A DNA stretch of 64,000 bases from positions 352,001-416,000 of the forward strand of contig CAWCDG010000005.1 of NCBI GenBank assembly GCA_963794325.1, written 5' to 3'. The notes below the pieces were generated by a model. The model did not search any database. It was not told where the DNA came from and saw nothing but the letters and a program-made list of their open reading frames with translations. Source of the stretch: an uncultured delta proteobacterium. GTDB taxonomy: Bacteria; Desulfobacterota; Binatia; Binatales; Binataceae. Numbering within the stretch: the stretch's first letter is position 1; the number at the start of each line of letters is the position of its first letter. The translations under genes were made by a program, and so were the position numbers. Below, piece after piece: positions 1-9,382 of this stretch.

Positions 1-320
1 AGATTGAAGGCTCCCAGCGAAGCCAGCTCGAGCACGCTCTCGGGAATCAGGTGACGATACGAGAAAGAATAGATCACCGCCGGCTTCAGCATGCCGATTT
101 TCGCGGCAGCGGCCTCGACGCTCTCATCAACGTAAACCGGGACGTCGTGACCCGCGGCCAGCTCAGCACACGACCGCCACCAGATCTCTTCATGTGAATC
201 GTCGCGATGCGTAAACAGGGCTGCAATCGGCACGCCCATCTTCAGCAACGCATCGATGCACGCGTAACCCATCTCATGGTACGCGAACAGGACACATCGA
301 GCCGACTTCACAGACTCCAC
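1..320 (-). CDS. UDP-Ara4N formyltransferase (ArnA N-terminal-like), 3' end outside window
   Basis: Manual translation from GTG at 320: ...RCVLFAYHEMGYACIDALL...FTHRDDSHEEIWWRSCAELA...IYSFSYRHLIPESVLELASLGAFNL, matching the ArnA formyltransferase N-terminus; directly downstream of arnC. Confidence 0.88.
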   Translation of the reverse strand, partial: MESVKSARCVLFAYHEMGYACIDALLKMGVPIAALFTHRDDSHEEIWWRSCAELAAGHDVPVYVDESVEAAAAKIGMLKPAVIYSFSYRHLIPESVLELASLGAFN

Positions 321-329
321 GATTGATCG

Positions 330-1358
330 TCAGTCGCGATGGTCGGGTTCCGACTCGTCCGGAGGGGCTTCGGCTCCATGGACCTTTCGCACGATGTAGG
401 TAGGGCGGCGCCGCACTTCCAGGTAGATACGCCCGACGTATTCCCCGATCAGTCCGAGCGCCAGGAAAATCAAGCCGAACAGAAAGAACTCGACGGAGGA
501 TACCGTCCACAGCGCGCCTTCCTCCTGCGGCCCGTAGATCAATCGATGACCCAGCAGGACGAACGCGAAGAGCACGGCGGGCACCGAAATTAATATCCCG
601 GTCATGCTCAGAATCTGAATCGGAATGAGTGAGAACCCGGTGATCAGGTTGAGGCTGAGCTTCACCAGACTGAACAAGTTGTACTTCGACTGGCCACTAG
701 CGCGATCGTCGTGGGCGACCGGGATTTCCGCAACGCGCTTGGCGAACGAGTTCGCGAGCGCGGGCACGAACGCCGCCTTCTCGTCGCACTCGACGACCGT
801 ATCGACGATGTGCCGACGATACGCGCGCAACATGCATCCATAATCATGCATCGGTACGCCGACAACCAACGACGTCACCCGGTTTTGCAGCCGTGACGCG
901 AACTTCCGGTATGCCTGGTCATGACGCTCCTCGCGCCATCCGCCGACGACGTCGTTGCCTTCGTCGATCGCGGCGATCAGCCGCGGAATTTCCTCCGGCG
1001 GATTCTGCAAGTCCGCATCGAGGGTGACGACCACGTCGCCGCGCGATTGTCTGAAGCCGGCGAGGATCGCCGAATGCTGTCCGAAGTTGCGCGCCAGCTC
1101 CACGACTCGCACGCGACCTTCTTCACCCGCCGCTATCTCGCGCAGGATGCCGAGCGAGTCGTCGCGCGATCCGTCGTCGATAAAGACCGTTTCCCATGGA
1201 CGGTCCAGGCCGTCGAGCACCGGCTTGAGGCGCGCCCAGAGCGACGGCAAATTCGCCGATTCGTTGAACACCGGAACGACGATCGACACCAAGCCTCGCT
1301 CCGCACGCGATACTGCCGAAGTGCTTCGGATCGGTGATATTTTGCCGGGGAAACTCAA
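330..1358 (-). CDS. arnC: Undecaprenyl-phosphate Ara4FN transferase (GT2)
   Basis: VSIVVPVFNE, FIDDGSRD, RNFGQHSAILAG, LDADLQNPPEEIP, DYGCMLRAY, two C-terminal TM helices, GEYVGRIY; exact start uncertain. Confidence 0.9.
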   Translation of the reverse strand: MSFPGKISPIRSTSAVSRAERGLVSIVVPVFNESANLPSLWARLKPVLDGLDRPWETVFIDDGSRDDSLGILREIAAGEEGRVRVVELARNFGQHSAILAGFRQSRGDVVVTLDADLQNPPEEIPRLIAAIDEGNDVVGGWREERHDQAYRKFASRLQNRVTSLVVGVPMHDYGCMLRAYRRHIVDTVVECDEKAAFVPALANSFAKRVAEIPVAHDDRASGQSKYNLFSLVKLSLNLITGFSLIPIQILSMTGILISVPAVLFAFVLLGHRLIYGPQEEGALWTVSSVEFFLFGLIFLALGLIGEYVGRIYLEVRRRPTYIVRKVHGAEAPPDESEPDHRD

Positions 1359-1492
1359 GGAACGTGCGCGACCTGACCGTGATCATTCGACGTGAAACCG
1401 CCGTCGCGTGAGGTGATTCTTGCAGACGGCGTGGCGAAATTAAAGATAGCCCAGTTGACCGCGCATGATCTCCTCGCGAGACTGCATCGACC

Positions 1493-3224
1493 ATGCTCGA
1501 TCGCAACCTCCGACTTACCATCTACGCGCTGCTCGCGGCGATCGTCTATCTTCCCGGTCTGGGCCGGCCCGCGCTGTGGGAGCCCGATGAAGGCCGATAC
1601 GCCGAAATCGCGAGAGAGATGGTTGTGACGGGCGACTACGTCACGCCGCACGACGACTTCGAGCTATATTTCGAAAAGCCTCCCCTGGTCTATTGGGTAA
1701 ACGCGGCGTCGATCAAAATCTTCGGCGTCAATGAATTCGCGGTGCGTTTGCCGGCCGCGCTCTTCAGCATCGGACAAATCGTAGTCACCGCCGCATTGGC
1801 AGAGATCATGTTCGGCGCAGCGACGGGACTGTTCGCGGCACTCGCGCTCGCGCTGAGTCCGCTCTTTTTTGGCTTCGCGCGATTCGCGACGCTCGATCCC
1901 GCGCTCGCATTTTTCCTTACCGCCGCGCTCGGCGCCTTCTATGTCGCCGCGCGTGACGATTCATTCTCACAAGCTTCATCGCGCCGATGGATGCTGATTG
2001 CCGCCGCGATGCTCGCGATGGGCACGCTCGCCAAAGGCCCGATCGCATTGCTTCTCGGCGGCGCGATCCCACTGGCATGGCTGGCCGTTCAGCACCGACT
2101 ACGCGAGACCGCGAAGATGCCGCTGGTCTGGTGCGGCCTCCTCTACGCTGCAATCGTCATCCCGTGGTTCGTCTTGATGGAAGCGCGAAATCCCGGCTTC
2201 TTGCGCTTCTTCTTCATCCACGAGCATCTCGAACGCTACGTCACGTCGAGCGAACACGGATGGGGCCCGTGGTTCTTCATTCCAATCGTGATCGGCGGAA
2301 CCTGGCCGTGGATTTTCTTCGTGCCGACTGGATGGTCCGCGATGCGCGCTGACGACGCCTTGCCCGACACCGTGCCAGCGTTGTCGTTGTCTCGCCGATC
2401 CGCCGCGAACTTTCTCGCCATCTGGTTCGTCGTGGTCTTCGTGTTCTTCTCGATTCCCCGCTCCAAGCTCGGCAGCTATATCCTGCCCGCGCTTCCTCCG
2501 CTCGCGATCGTCGCGGGCTACGGCCTGGCGCGTATCTCCACTCTCGACGGCAATGCTTCGCCGCCGTCTGCTTGCGGCCGTCGCGATTGCAAATATCCTA
2601 CTCGCGGCGGCTGTGTTCGGATTGGTCGAACTCGCACACGCTTCAATAAATCCGGCGCTGAGCTTCGACGGATTGCTGATCGCCGCCGTTCTGGCCGCTG
2701 GCGCGATTGCCATGTACGTGCTCGGCCGCAACGCGTCGCTCGTTCTGTACGCAATCGGCGCGCTCGCGCTCGCGATGCTCGCGACGGTGCCGCTGGCCGC
2801 GCGTCTGCGCGAAGACGCATCCCCGATTTCCACATATCGCAACCTTGCAAATGCGGTCGTGCCCTATCTGTCGGACGACTGCGCACTGGCCTCATACCGC
2901 CATTACGTCCAATCGCTGCCGTTCTACACCAACCATCGTGAGACTCGCGTCGAGTACTGGGGCGAGCTGTCCGAAGTTTCCCCTCCGATACCGGGCAAGT
3001 CTGTATATCTCGTCGGCTCCGAAGCGCGGCTGCGCCAGGTCTGGTCGTCTGGCGCGTGCATGGTTCTGATTGCGAACGCTCGCGATCTGAAGGGGCTCGA
3101 GGATTCGTTGAAGCCTGCGCCGGTTGTCATCGGATGCGAGGGTAAGAAATTTGCGCTGTACAATGGCTACCTCGCGCCGCCACCGGCCGCAGCCGCTTGT
3201 CTCAACCCGGGAGCAACAAAATAG
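1493..3224 (+). CDS. arnT: ArnT/GT83 (PMT_2) membrane glycosyltransferase, split by a +1 frameshift near 2550
   Basis: WEPDEGRYAEIAREM, YFEKPPL, LAKGPI, RSKLGSYILP; the hydrophobic helices continue in ORF 2553..3224 in the +1 frame. Confidence 0.85.
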
Positions 3225-3297
3225 TGGAAACTGGAATCGAGACACTTGGATTCGGACGCGTTCGACTGTAGCTTGGCCGATGAGAGAATAATCAATC

Positions 3298-3954
3298 GTG
3301 GCTGACAATAAATCAAAATCGAAAATTCAGGCTGCCGAATCAGCGGCCAACGGCGTCGACGCGGAACCTTCGCTCGGCCATTTGATTACCGAGACCCGCG
3401 AGCGCAAAGGCATGACCCGCGATCAAGTCGCGACCGAAGCTCATCTGCCGCCGCATTACGTCAAAATGATCGAGAGCGACAGCTACGACATGATTTCGGA
3501 TCGCCTCTACCTGGTTCCGTTTCTTCGCCGCTACGCAACTTTCCTGGGTCTTGATGCCGAAGAGATCGCTTCTCGCTTCGTCAGCAGCGTTCAACACGCC
3601 GAGGCCAACGTAGTGCGTATCTCGCAAGAGATCACGATGGTCGATAGGAAGCCCGGCGGCAGCCGTGGAATCCTGTTCGCGATTCTTGTCGTAGCGGTGG
3701 TTCTATTGCTCGCGGATCTCGCCTGGCGCCGCTACCAGGAGCATGAAGCGTCGCTCCCTGCTCCGGTAGCCTCACCGGCTGCGATGGCTTCCAGCGCCCA
3801 GGCGCCGAATGAGACTCTGCCGCCGGTTAGCATCGTGACGAATCCCGAGGCGGCTGCTCCGCCCGCTGTTTCAAATATCCCGCGACCCGCTACGGCGCCG
3901 CCGGCTGCGAATCACTCAGCACCGCCGCACCCGATACCGCATCCCGCGAACTGA
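3298..3954 (+). CDS. RodZ-like HTH_25 membrane protein with a Pro/Ala-rich tail
   Basis: LGHLITETRERKGMT...IESDSY...FLRRYATFLGLD, one TM helix, no recognisable C-terminal DUF4115 domain. Confidence 0.75.
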   Translation: MADNKSKSKIQAAESAANGVDAEPSLGHLITETRERKGMTRDQVATEAHLPPHYVKMIESDSYDMISDRLYLVPFLRRYATFLGLDAEEIASRFVSSVQHAEANVVRISQEITMVDRKPGGSRGILFAILVVAVVLLLADLAWRRYQEHEASLPAPVASPAAMASSAQAPNETLPPVSIVTNPEAAAPPAVSNIPRPATAPPAANHSAPPHPIPHPAN

Positions 3955-3964
3955 CGACTGATCG

Positions 3965-4615
3965 CTAGTGAAGGACGGCGTTGGCGATCTCTTCGGCAAC
4001 GAGCTCTTTGGCGTGCCGCACGTCGTCGCCCGAATGTACGACTGCAACCACCTTTAACTGATCGGCCGCGCCTTCCAGTGATGCGCGCGCGACAATCACG
4101 GTGTCGTAGATCTGGTTCTTCGGGATGGAATCGTACGGCGTCGGCCCGTTACTGAACGCATTGCGGCGCATCTGGTAGGCTCGGAACTGCGCGGTCATCG
4201 GATCGTCGGGAGCAAGTGCCTGGCGGCGAGCCTCCTGTGCGAACGGATCGATCGGTTGATTTCCGCTGTCGCCCAACGGCGGCGCGTCAGCTCCGGCCTG
4301 TTTCAATAACTCGACCATCGCCGGATCGCCGGGGAACATCTGATGCAACGACACTCCCGGCGCGAGCATTTGCTGATTCACCGTCACCGTGAGCGTAACC
4401 GAATTCTCCGAGTTGGACGGCTGCCCATGACGCGCGGCGCGCAGATCTTCGTTCAACACGTTCTGCACGACCGGATCGGTGCATATTGCGATGACGGTGG
4501 CGTTGGCGGGCGCGTTCAGCTTGCCCGCCATCTTGACCTCGGCCGCTTGCGCAAATCCGCCGATAGCTACTGCAATAGCCAGTGCGCCGATCGCTCGATG
4601 CCGTGCTTTACTCAC
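3965..4615 (-). CDS. Secreted hypothetical protein
   Basis: Likely GTG start at 4615; signal peptide ...AIGALAIAVAIGGFAQA; downstream of the aldolase gene on the same strand. Confidence 0.6.
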   Translation of the reverse strand: MSKARHRAIGALAIAVAIGGFAQAAEVKMAGKLNAPANATVIAICTDPVVQNVLNEDLRAARHGQPSNSENSVTLTVTVNQQMLAPGVSLHQMFPGDPAMVELLKQAGADAPPLGDSGNQPIDPFAQEARRQALAPDDPMTAQFRAYQMRRNAFSNGPTPYDSIPKNQIYDTVIVARASLEGAADQLKVVAVVHSGDDVRHAKELVAEEIANAVLH

Positions 4616-4622
4616 TCGATTC

Positions 4623-5705
4623 TCACCGGTATGCGCGCGCGGCCTCAATCGGCCAGATCGCGATCACCTCGTCGCCGCGCACTACATAGTATTCGCTATG
4701 CAGATTGATGGTGGTGTCGTTATGGCTCGGAATGATCTCGATCTTCGATCCGGGCTCGAGACTGCTTTCACCCGCCGCCACACTTGCATGTTCTTCTGAC
4801 AGATGCGCCACCTTCATCCCGGTGCCCTTGATCATCGGGGGACCGAATTCGTTGGTCAGCGATTTCATCCCCGCGTCGATAATCGCACGCGCCCCGCGCC
4901 GCGATATTACTGTCGAAAGCAGCGACAACGCCGGACGACCGAGGTCCGGGCGCACGTTGCGATACGCGCCGTCCATGAAAACGTATGAACCCGCCTGTAC
5001 TTCGGTTACGTCGGGCCAGTTGCCGGTGATGTCATAAGTGCCGGTCCCGCCTGCGCTCACAATCTCCGGCGCGAGTCCCGCAGCTCGCAGTGCTTCGACG
5101 TGGCGGCTGAGCGTGGTCAAAGCCTCACGCGCAGTGGCGATTCGTTTCTCAGCATTCGGAATGAGCACCGCGTGGCCTTCATAGCCCATCACGCCGCGAT
5201 AGTTGAGCCCTGATCGCTTCGCGAAGCGCACCAGCCCGACGGTCTCCTCGGGCGACTCCGTGCCGCATCGATGCATACCGGTGTCGACTTCGATAATCAC
5301 GTCGGCGGTTCTGCCGGCACGCGCCGCGCCCGCTTCGAGCTCGCGCACGTTGAACTCGCTCTCGATCGTTCCGATCAAACTGATTTGCGCCGCGGCTTTG
5401 AAAAACCGATCGATCTTGGACGCCCCCGCAATCTGATTTGCGAGCAGCACCGGGCCCAGGCCGGCGCGCGCCAGCACCTCGACCTCGCCAAGCTTCGACG
5501 CGGTTACTCCGATCGCCCCGGCGGCGAGCTGTCGCCGGGCGATCTCCGGCGTTTTCGGCGTCTTGAAATGCGGCCTGAGTTTCTGCTGACGCGCGGCGAA
5601 GTACTCGCCCATCGCGCGGATATTTTCCTCGACGATGTCGAGGTCGAGGATCAACGCGGGCGTATCGATATCGCGCTTGGTCATCGCAAAAACTCCATCA
5701 CGCAC
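4623..5705 (-). CDS. D-threonine aldolase/D-serine dehydratase (DSD1)-like PLP enzyme, alanine racemase fold
   Basis: IDTPALILD, LRPHFKT, EVDTGMHRCG, MGYEGH, GGTGTY, EVQAGSYVFMD, LSEEH, PSHNDTTINLH. Confidence 0.88.
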   Translation of the reverse strand: MRDGVFAMTKRDIDTPALILDLDIVEENIRAMGEYFAARQQKLRPHFKTPKTPEIARRQLAAGAIGVTASKLGEVEVLARAGLGPVLLANQIAGASKIDRFFKAAAQISLIGTIESEFNVRELEAGAARAGRTADVIIEVDTGMHRCGTESPEETVGLVRFAKRSGLNYRGVMGYEGHAVLIPNAEKRIATAREALTTLSRHVEALRAAGLAPEIVSAGGTGTYDITGNWPDVTEVQAGSYVFMDGAYRNVRPDLGRPALSLLSTVISRRGARAIIDAGMKSLTNEFGPPMIKGTGMKVAHLSEEHASVAAGESSLEPGSKIEIIPSHNDTTINLHSEYYVVRGDEVIAIWPIEAARAYR

Positions 5706-6200
5706 TCACGGAATCTTCTGCTGCAGCAATTCATTCGCGCGTGCAGCGCGCCACTTCACGAGACGATCGCCGAGCTTGGCGTCATTCAGCGCGATTATCT
5801 GCGCCGCTAGCAGACCGGCATTCGCCGCGCCGGGTTTGCCGATCGCCATCGTCGCCACCGGCACGCCCTTGGGCATCTGCACGATCGACAACAGCGAATC
5901 GATTCCATTGAGCGACGTCGTCGGCATCGGCACGCCGATCACCGGGAGGATAGTCTTCGCCGCGACCACGCCCGCAAGATGCGCCGCACCGCCGGCGCCT
6001 GCGATTATTACACGCAGCCCGCGGCCCGCCGCCTTCGCCGAATACTCCAGCGTGACGTCGGGCGTGCGATGCGCCGACATGATCCGAACTTCATGCGGCA
6101 CTTGAAGTTCGTCCATGACCTCCGCCGCCGCCGACATGTACTCCCAGTCGCTCTTGCTGCCCATGATCACGCCCACAATCACTGCCTTGCTGTCCGCCAT
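5706..6200 (-). CDS. purE: N5-CAIR mutase
   Basis: VGVIMGSKSD, SAHRTP, IIAGAGGAAHLAG, SIVQMPKGVPVAT; ATG at 6200 with GAGG RBS. Confidence 0.97.
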   Translation of the reverse strand: MADSKAVIVGVIMGSKSDWEYMSAAAEVMDELQVPHEVRIMSAHRTPDVTLEYSAKAAGRGLRVIIAGAGGAAHLAGVVAAKTILPVIGVPMPTTSLNGIDSLLSIVQMPKGVPVATMAIGKPGAANAGLLAAQIIALNDAKLGDRLVKWRAARANELLQQKIP

Positions 6201-6295
6201 GTTGTCCCTCGTACGCAGCAGGCTGATTCTCGTCCGGCTCCATGTCAAGCCACACGCGGTCCGCGCCAATCTGGAACGGCTGAACGATTCCTGCG

Positions 6296-7315
6296 ATGAA
6301 TTGGCGCGTGGCTTCCGAGAAACAGGAGGAGAGCTCAGCAGAGCGCGCTCAGCCGCATGAGGTCAGCCTCGGCCATTGGCATCGAATTGGCGCCGAGCTG
6401 ATCGCGATAATCTATATCGCGCTGATCGCTGGGATCGCGCACGCAACCGGCGCTTTCTACGTTTTGTTTCCCGAACTCGGCGCGCTTTCTCACGATGTCT
6501 TCACGCGGCCGCGAGGCACTTGGGCAAGCGCGCCGCTGCTCCTGGCGATTACTCCAGTGCTCACCGGCGTGATCGGGATCGTCGTCACGCGCGCCCTCCC
6601 GTACGGATTTTTCTCGGTGCTGCTGACAGTGACTGCCGCGGTCGTCGCGATACTGGCGCTCAAATCACCTATCGCGCCTGCGATTTCGGCCGGCCTGCTC
6701 CCGCTGGTGCTTGGGGTGAAGAGCTGGTGGTACCCGCCGGCGATTCTGCTGGGCACTACGATCCTGGCGGTGCTTTCGGTTCTATGGACACAGCTGAGTG
6801 TGGCGCAAAACTGGCTCGAGCCGATCAACGCGGCGGAGGTGCTCGATGAAGCAATCGAGCAGACTCCGGCCGGCTCCTGGTGGCTGATCCCGCTGATGCT
6901 GTTCGTGGCGACTGGCGTCCTGTTCGTGAAACTGACAGGCCTGCGATTCTTACTTTTTCCGCCGCTGGTCGTCATCGGGTTCGAGATGTTTGCGCATACT
7001 GCGATCTGTCCGTGGGCCAAGCGGCCATGGCTATTACCGGTCGCCTGTATGCTGACCGCCGCGGTCGGACTTCTGTTCTGGAATTTGCTCGGAGTCGGAC
7101 CGATTGCAGTCGCGTGCAGTATGGCAGGTGGAGTTTTGGTGCTGCGCTTGTTCGACTTGCACGTGCCACCGGCGCTGGCGGTCGCACTACTTCCGTTCGT
7201 GATGGACTCTCCGACTATCGCCTACCCGATTTCAGTCGGAATCGGCACCCTGCTCATGACGCTGTGGTTTCTTTTTTACAAATCGTTTTTCGGCGGATTG
7301 GAGCAAGGCGTTTGA
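6296..7315 (+). CDS. HPP-family-like polytopic membrane protein with an internal duplication
   Basis: About 10 TM helices; two repeats (VLFPELG..PIAPAISAGLLP / LLFPPLV..HVPPALAVALLP). Confidence 0.65.
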   Translation: MNWRVASEKQEESSAERAQPHEVSLGHWHRIGAELIAIIYIALIAGIAHATGAFYVLFPELGALSHDVFTRPRGTWASAPLLLAITPVLTGVIGIVVTRALPYGFFSVLLTVTAAVVAILALKSPIAPAISAGLLPLVLGVKSWWYPPAILLGTTILAVLSVLWTQLSVAQNWLEPINAAEVLDEAIEQTPAGSWWLIPLMLFVATGVLFVKLTGLRFLLFPPLVVIGFEMFAHTAICPWAKRPWLLPVACMLTAAVGLLFWNLLGVGPIAVACSMAGGVLVLRLFDLHVPPALAVALLPFVMDSPTIAYPISVGIGTLLMTLWFLFYKSFFGGLEQGV

Positions 7316-7326
7316 TTTGTAGGACA

Positions 7327-8469
7327 TCAGTCCTGCACCAGGTTTCGAAAGTTCTCTGTGAAGAAGCGCGCCTTGGTCGCCTCGGGATAGTCGGCAATGC
7401 TCGCTTCGAATCTGCCGATCGGATCGCGGCCGCCCTCAGCGTGCGGATAGTCGGTCGAGAACATAAAGAGCCGGTCGTTGGACTGGCGGATCAGTTCGCC
7501 GACATCTTCGAAGGGATATGGCGTAAAGCGCAACTGATCGTCGATCTGTTCGGACGGCCGCCGCTGCATTTCGCGCAAATGCGGCTCGGGCTTTGACCAT
7601 ACGTTGGCGATATGATCGAGCCGCCGGCGCATCGCCGGAACCCATCCGGCGCCGAGCTCGATACATCCACCGCGCAAAGTGGGAAATCGATCGAGCACAC
7701 CGTCGAGGATCAGCACCGAGAGAAATTTTTCGGCGGAGTGAAAGATGCAAGTCATGTCCTTGGAGCCGACGACCTCGGCGCCGCCGCGCGCGGTCTTGCG
7801 ATTCGGGAAGCCGTCAATCATCCATTCGGGGCCGATCGACAACGTGCTGCTGCCGACGTGCAGCACGAATGACGCGCGCGCTTCAGCGAGTCGGGCCCAA
7901 ATCGGATCATGAGCGCTATGTCCCGGTGAGCGTCCGGGCGCTTCCGAGGGCAGCATGAACATCCGCAATCCTTCGGCCAGCGCGCGATCGAGTTCAGCCG
8001 CCGAGCGCTCGGGATCGTCCAACACGAGAATACCGGTTGCGACCAGGCGCGGTTCATCGGCAACGAACGCCATCATCGCGCGATTGAATGCCCTGACGCC
8101 TCCGTAGCGGACCTCGCGATCCTTGCACGCGAAAAGGGTGGCCGCGGCGAATGAAGAAAAGATGACTTGGCGCTGGATTCGCAGCGCGTCGAGCACATTG
8201 CCGCGCTCCTTGCTGTTGAATGCGCCGAGTGCGGCGTACCACTTCGGCCCGCGAAGGATTTGATCGCCAAGCGCTTTCAGCTCCGCGACGGTTTCCGGCG
8301 TATGGCCGTGCCTCCCGCTGTCGGGCAGTCCGGCCAATGTCGAATCGAGACTTCCGACCGGAAGGATCGCCGGCAAGCGGTCACGAATCGCAGGATCCGC
8401 ATACGCGGTCAGAAAATCCGGCAACTCCATGATATGGCTGTCGGGATCATTTAGAATTCGCGGCGTCAT
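7327..8469 (-). CDS. Amidohydrolase_2 family protein
   Basis: DPDSHIME, VLHVG, ELGAGW, FSTDYPHAEG; ATG at 8469 after GGAGG. Confidence 0.85.
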   Translation of the reverse strand: MTPRILNDPDSHIMELPDFLTAYADPAIRDRLPAILPVGSLDSTLAGLPDSGRHGHTPETVAELKALGDQILRGPKWYAALGAFNSKERGNVLDALRIQRQVIFSSFAAATLFACKDREVRYGGVRAFNRAMMAFVADEPRLVATGILVLDDPERSAAELDRALAEGLRMFMLPSEAPGRSPGHSAHDPIWARLAEARASFVLHVGSSTLSIGPEWMIDGFPNRKTARGGAEVVGSKDMTCIFHSAEKFLSVLILDGVLDRFPTLRGGCIELGAGWVPAMRRRLDHIANVWSKPEPHLREMQRRPSEQIDDQLRFTPYPFEDVGELIRQSNDRLFMFSTDYPHAEGGRDPIGRFEASIADYPEATKARFFTENFRNLVQD

Positions 8470-8559
8470 TGTCCTGACCTCCGAATCGACCTCGGCGGCA
8501 TCGATTGCTCGCTTGATCGATATCAGAATTGAAGGCCGATCATCCACGGGTCCACGGTC

Positions 8560-9331
8560 TTAAGGCTTGCCTGGAAGGGTGGGCGGTAAAGAACCCGGCA
8601 ACGCGGCCGGCGGCGGTGGCGCTATCCCCGCTCCACCAGTATCGCCCACCAAACTACTCACGTCACCGGACGGAATCCCTGTCATTCCTAGCGGTCCGGG
8701 CGACAGCGGAGGCGAGTCGCCAGGAATGGTAGTTTCGTAGCCCGCGTCAATCATAGTTTCCGAAGAAGATGGAAGCGCGGCATTTTGCGCGCCGACGCTG
8801 CCCTCGTAGGTCTTGACGTCCGTGAAGCGAGTGATTTCGCCGAACCCGTACCTGTGAGCACCATCCGAGTAGGCAGTGTCAAACTTGGTGCCGCGTACCG
8901 AAAGTATCGCGTTGGGTGTGTGGATCTGGAAATTGGGCGGACTGCCGCTAGAGGTATGCTTGACGATCGAGCGCAGGACTCCTGCAAGCAGGCCAATCTT
9001 CGTTGAAGTCGCGGCGCCATCAGCGCCTAGCAGTTGCTCATCGATCGTAAGCACACTTGCTGAGCCTGCTTTGAGAACGCTGCCGCCGGCTAGAGTTATG
9101 GCAAGGTGGCCCGAGGTAATAGTTATCTGATCGCCGATATCTACAACCGTCCCTATCGCCACATCGATTCGATTACCAGCTCGTTGAAGACTTGCGGTTC
9201 CGCTAAGGGCGGTCACGGACCCGGCGATAGTTTGCGCTTGCGCCATCCCAGCTGAATGCTAGGAACGCAAGGCAGCCAGCGATGGCAAGGATATTCGAGT
9301 CACGCGAGATTGAGCGGCACCGCAGCTTCAT
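8560..9331 (-). CDS. Secreted FecR-domain protein; signal peptide separated by a +1 frameshift at about 9248
   Basis: GSVTALSG...GDQITI...FQIHTPNAILSVRGTKF...YEGSV; upstream ATG 9331 gives MKLRCRS...ILAIAGCLAFLAFS, 85 nt (28 codons + 1) before ORF 9246. Confidence 0.75.
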
Positions 9332-9382
9332 AATTTTACTTAGCGTGGTCACTGAGATACGGACCTCCCAACCCGGGGGCAG

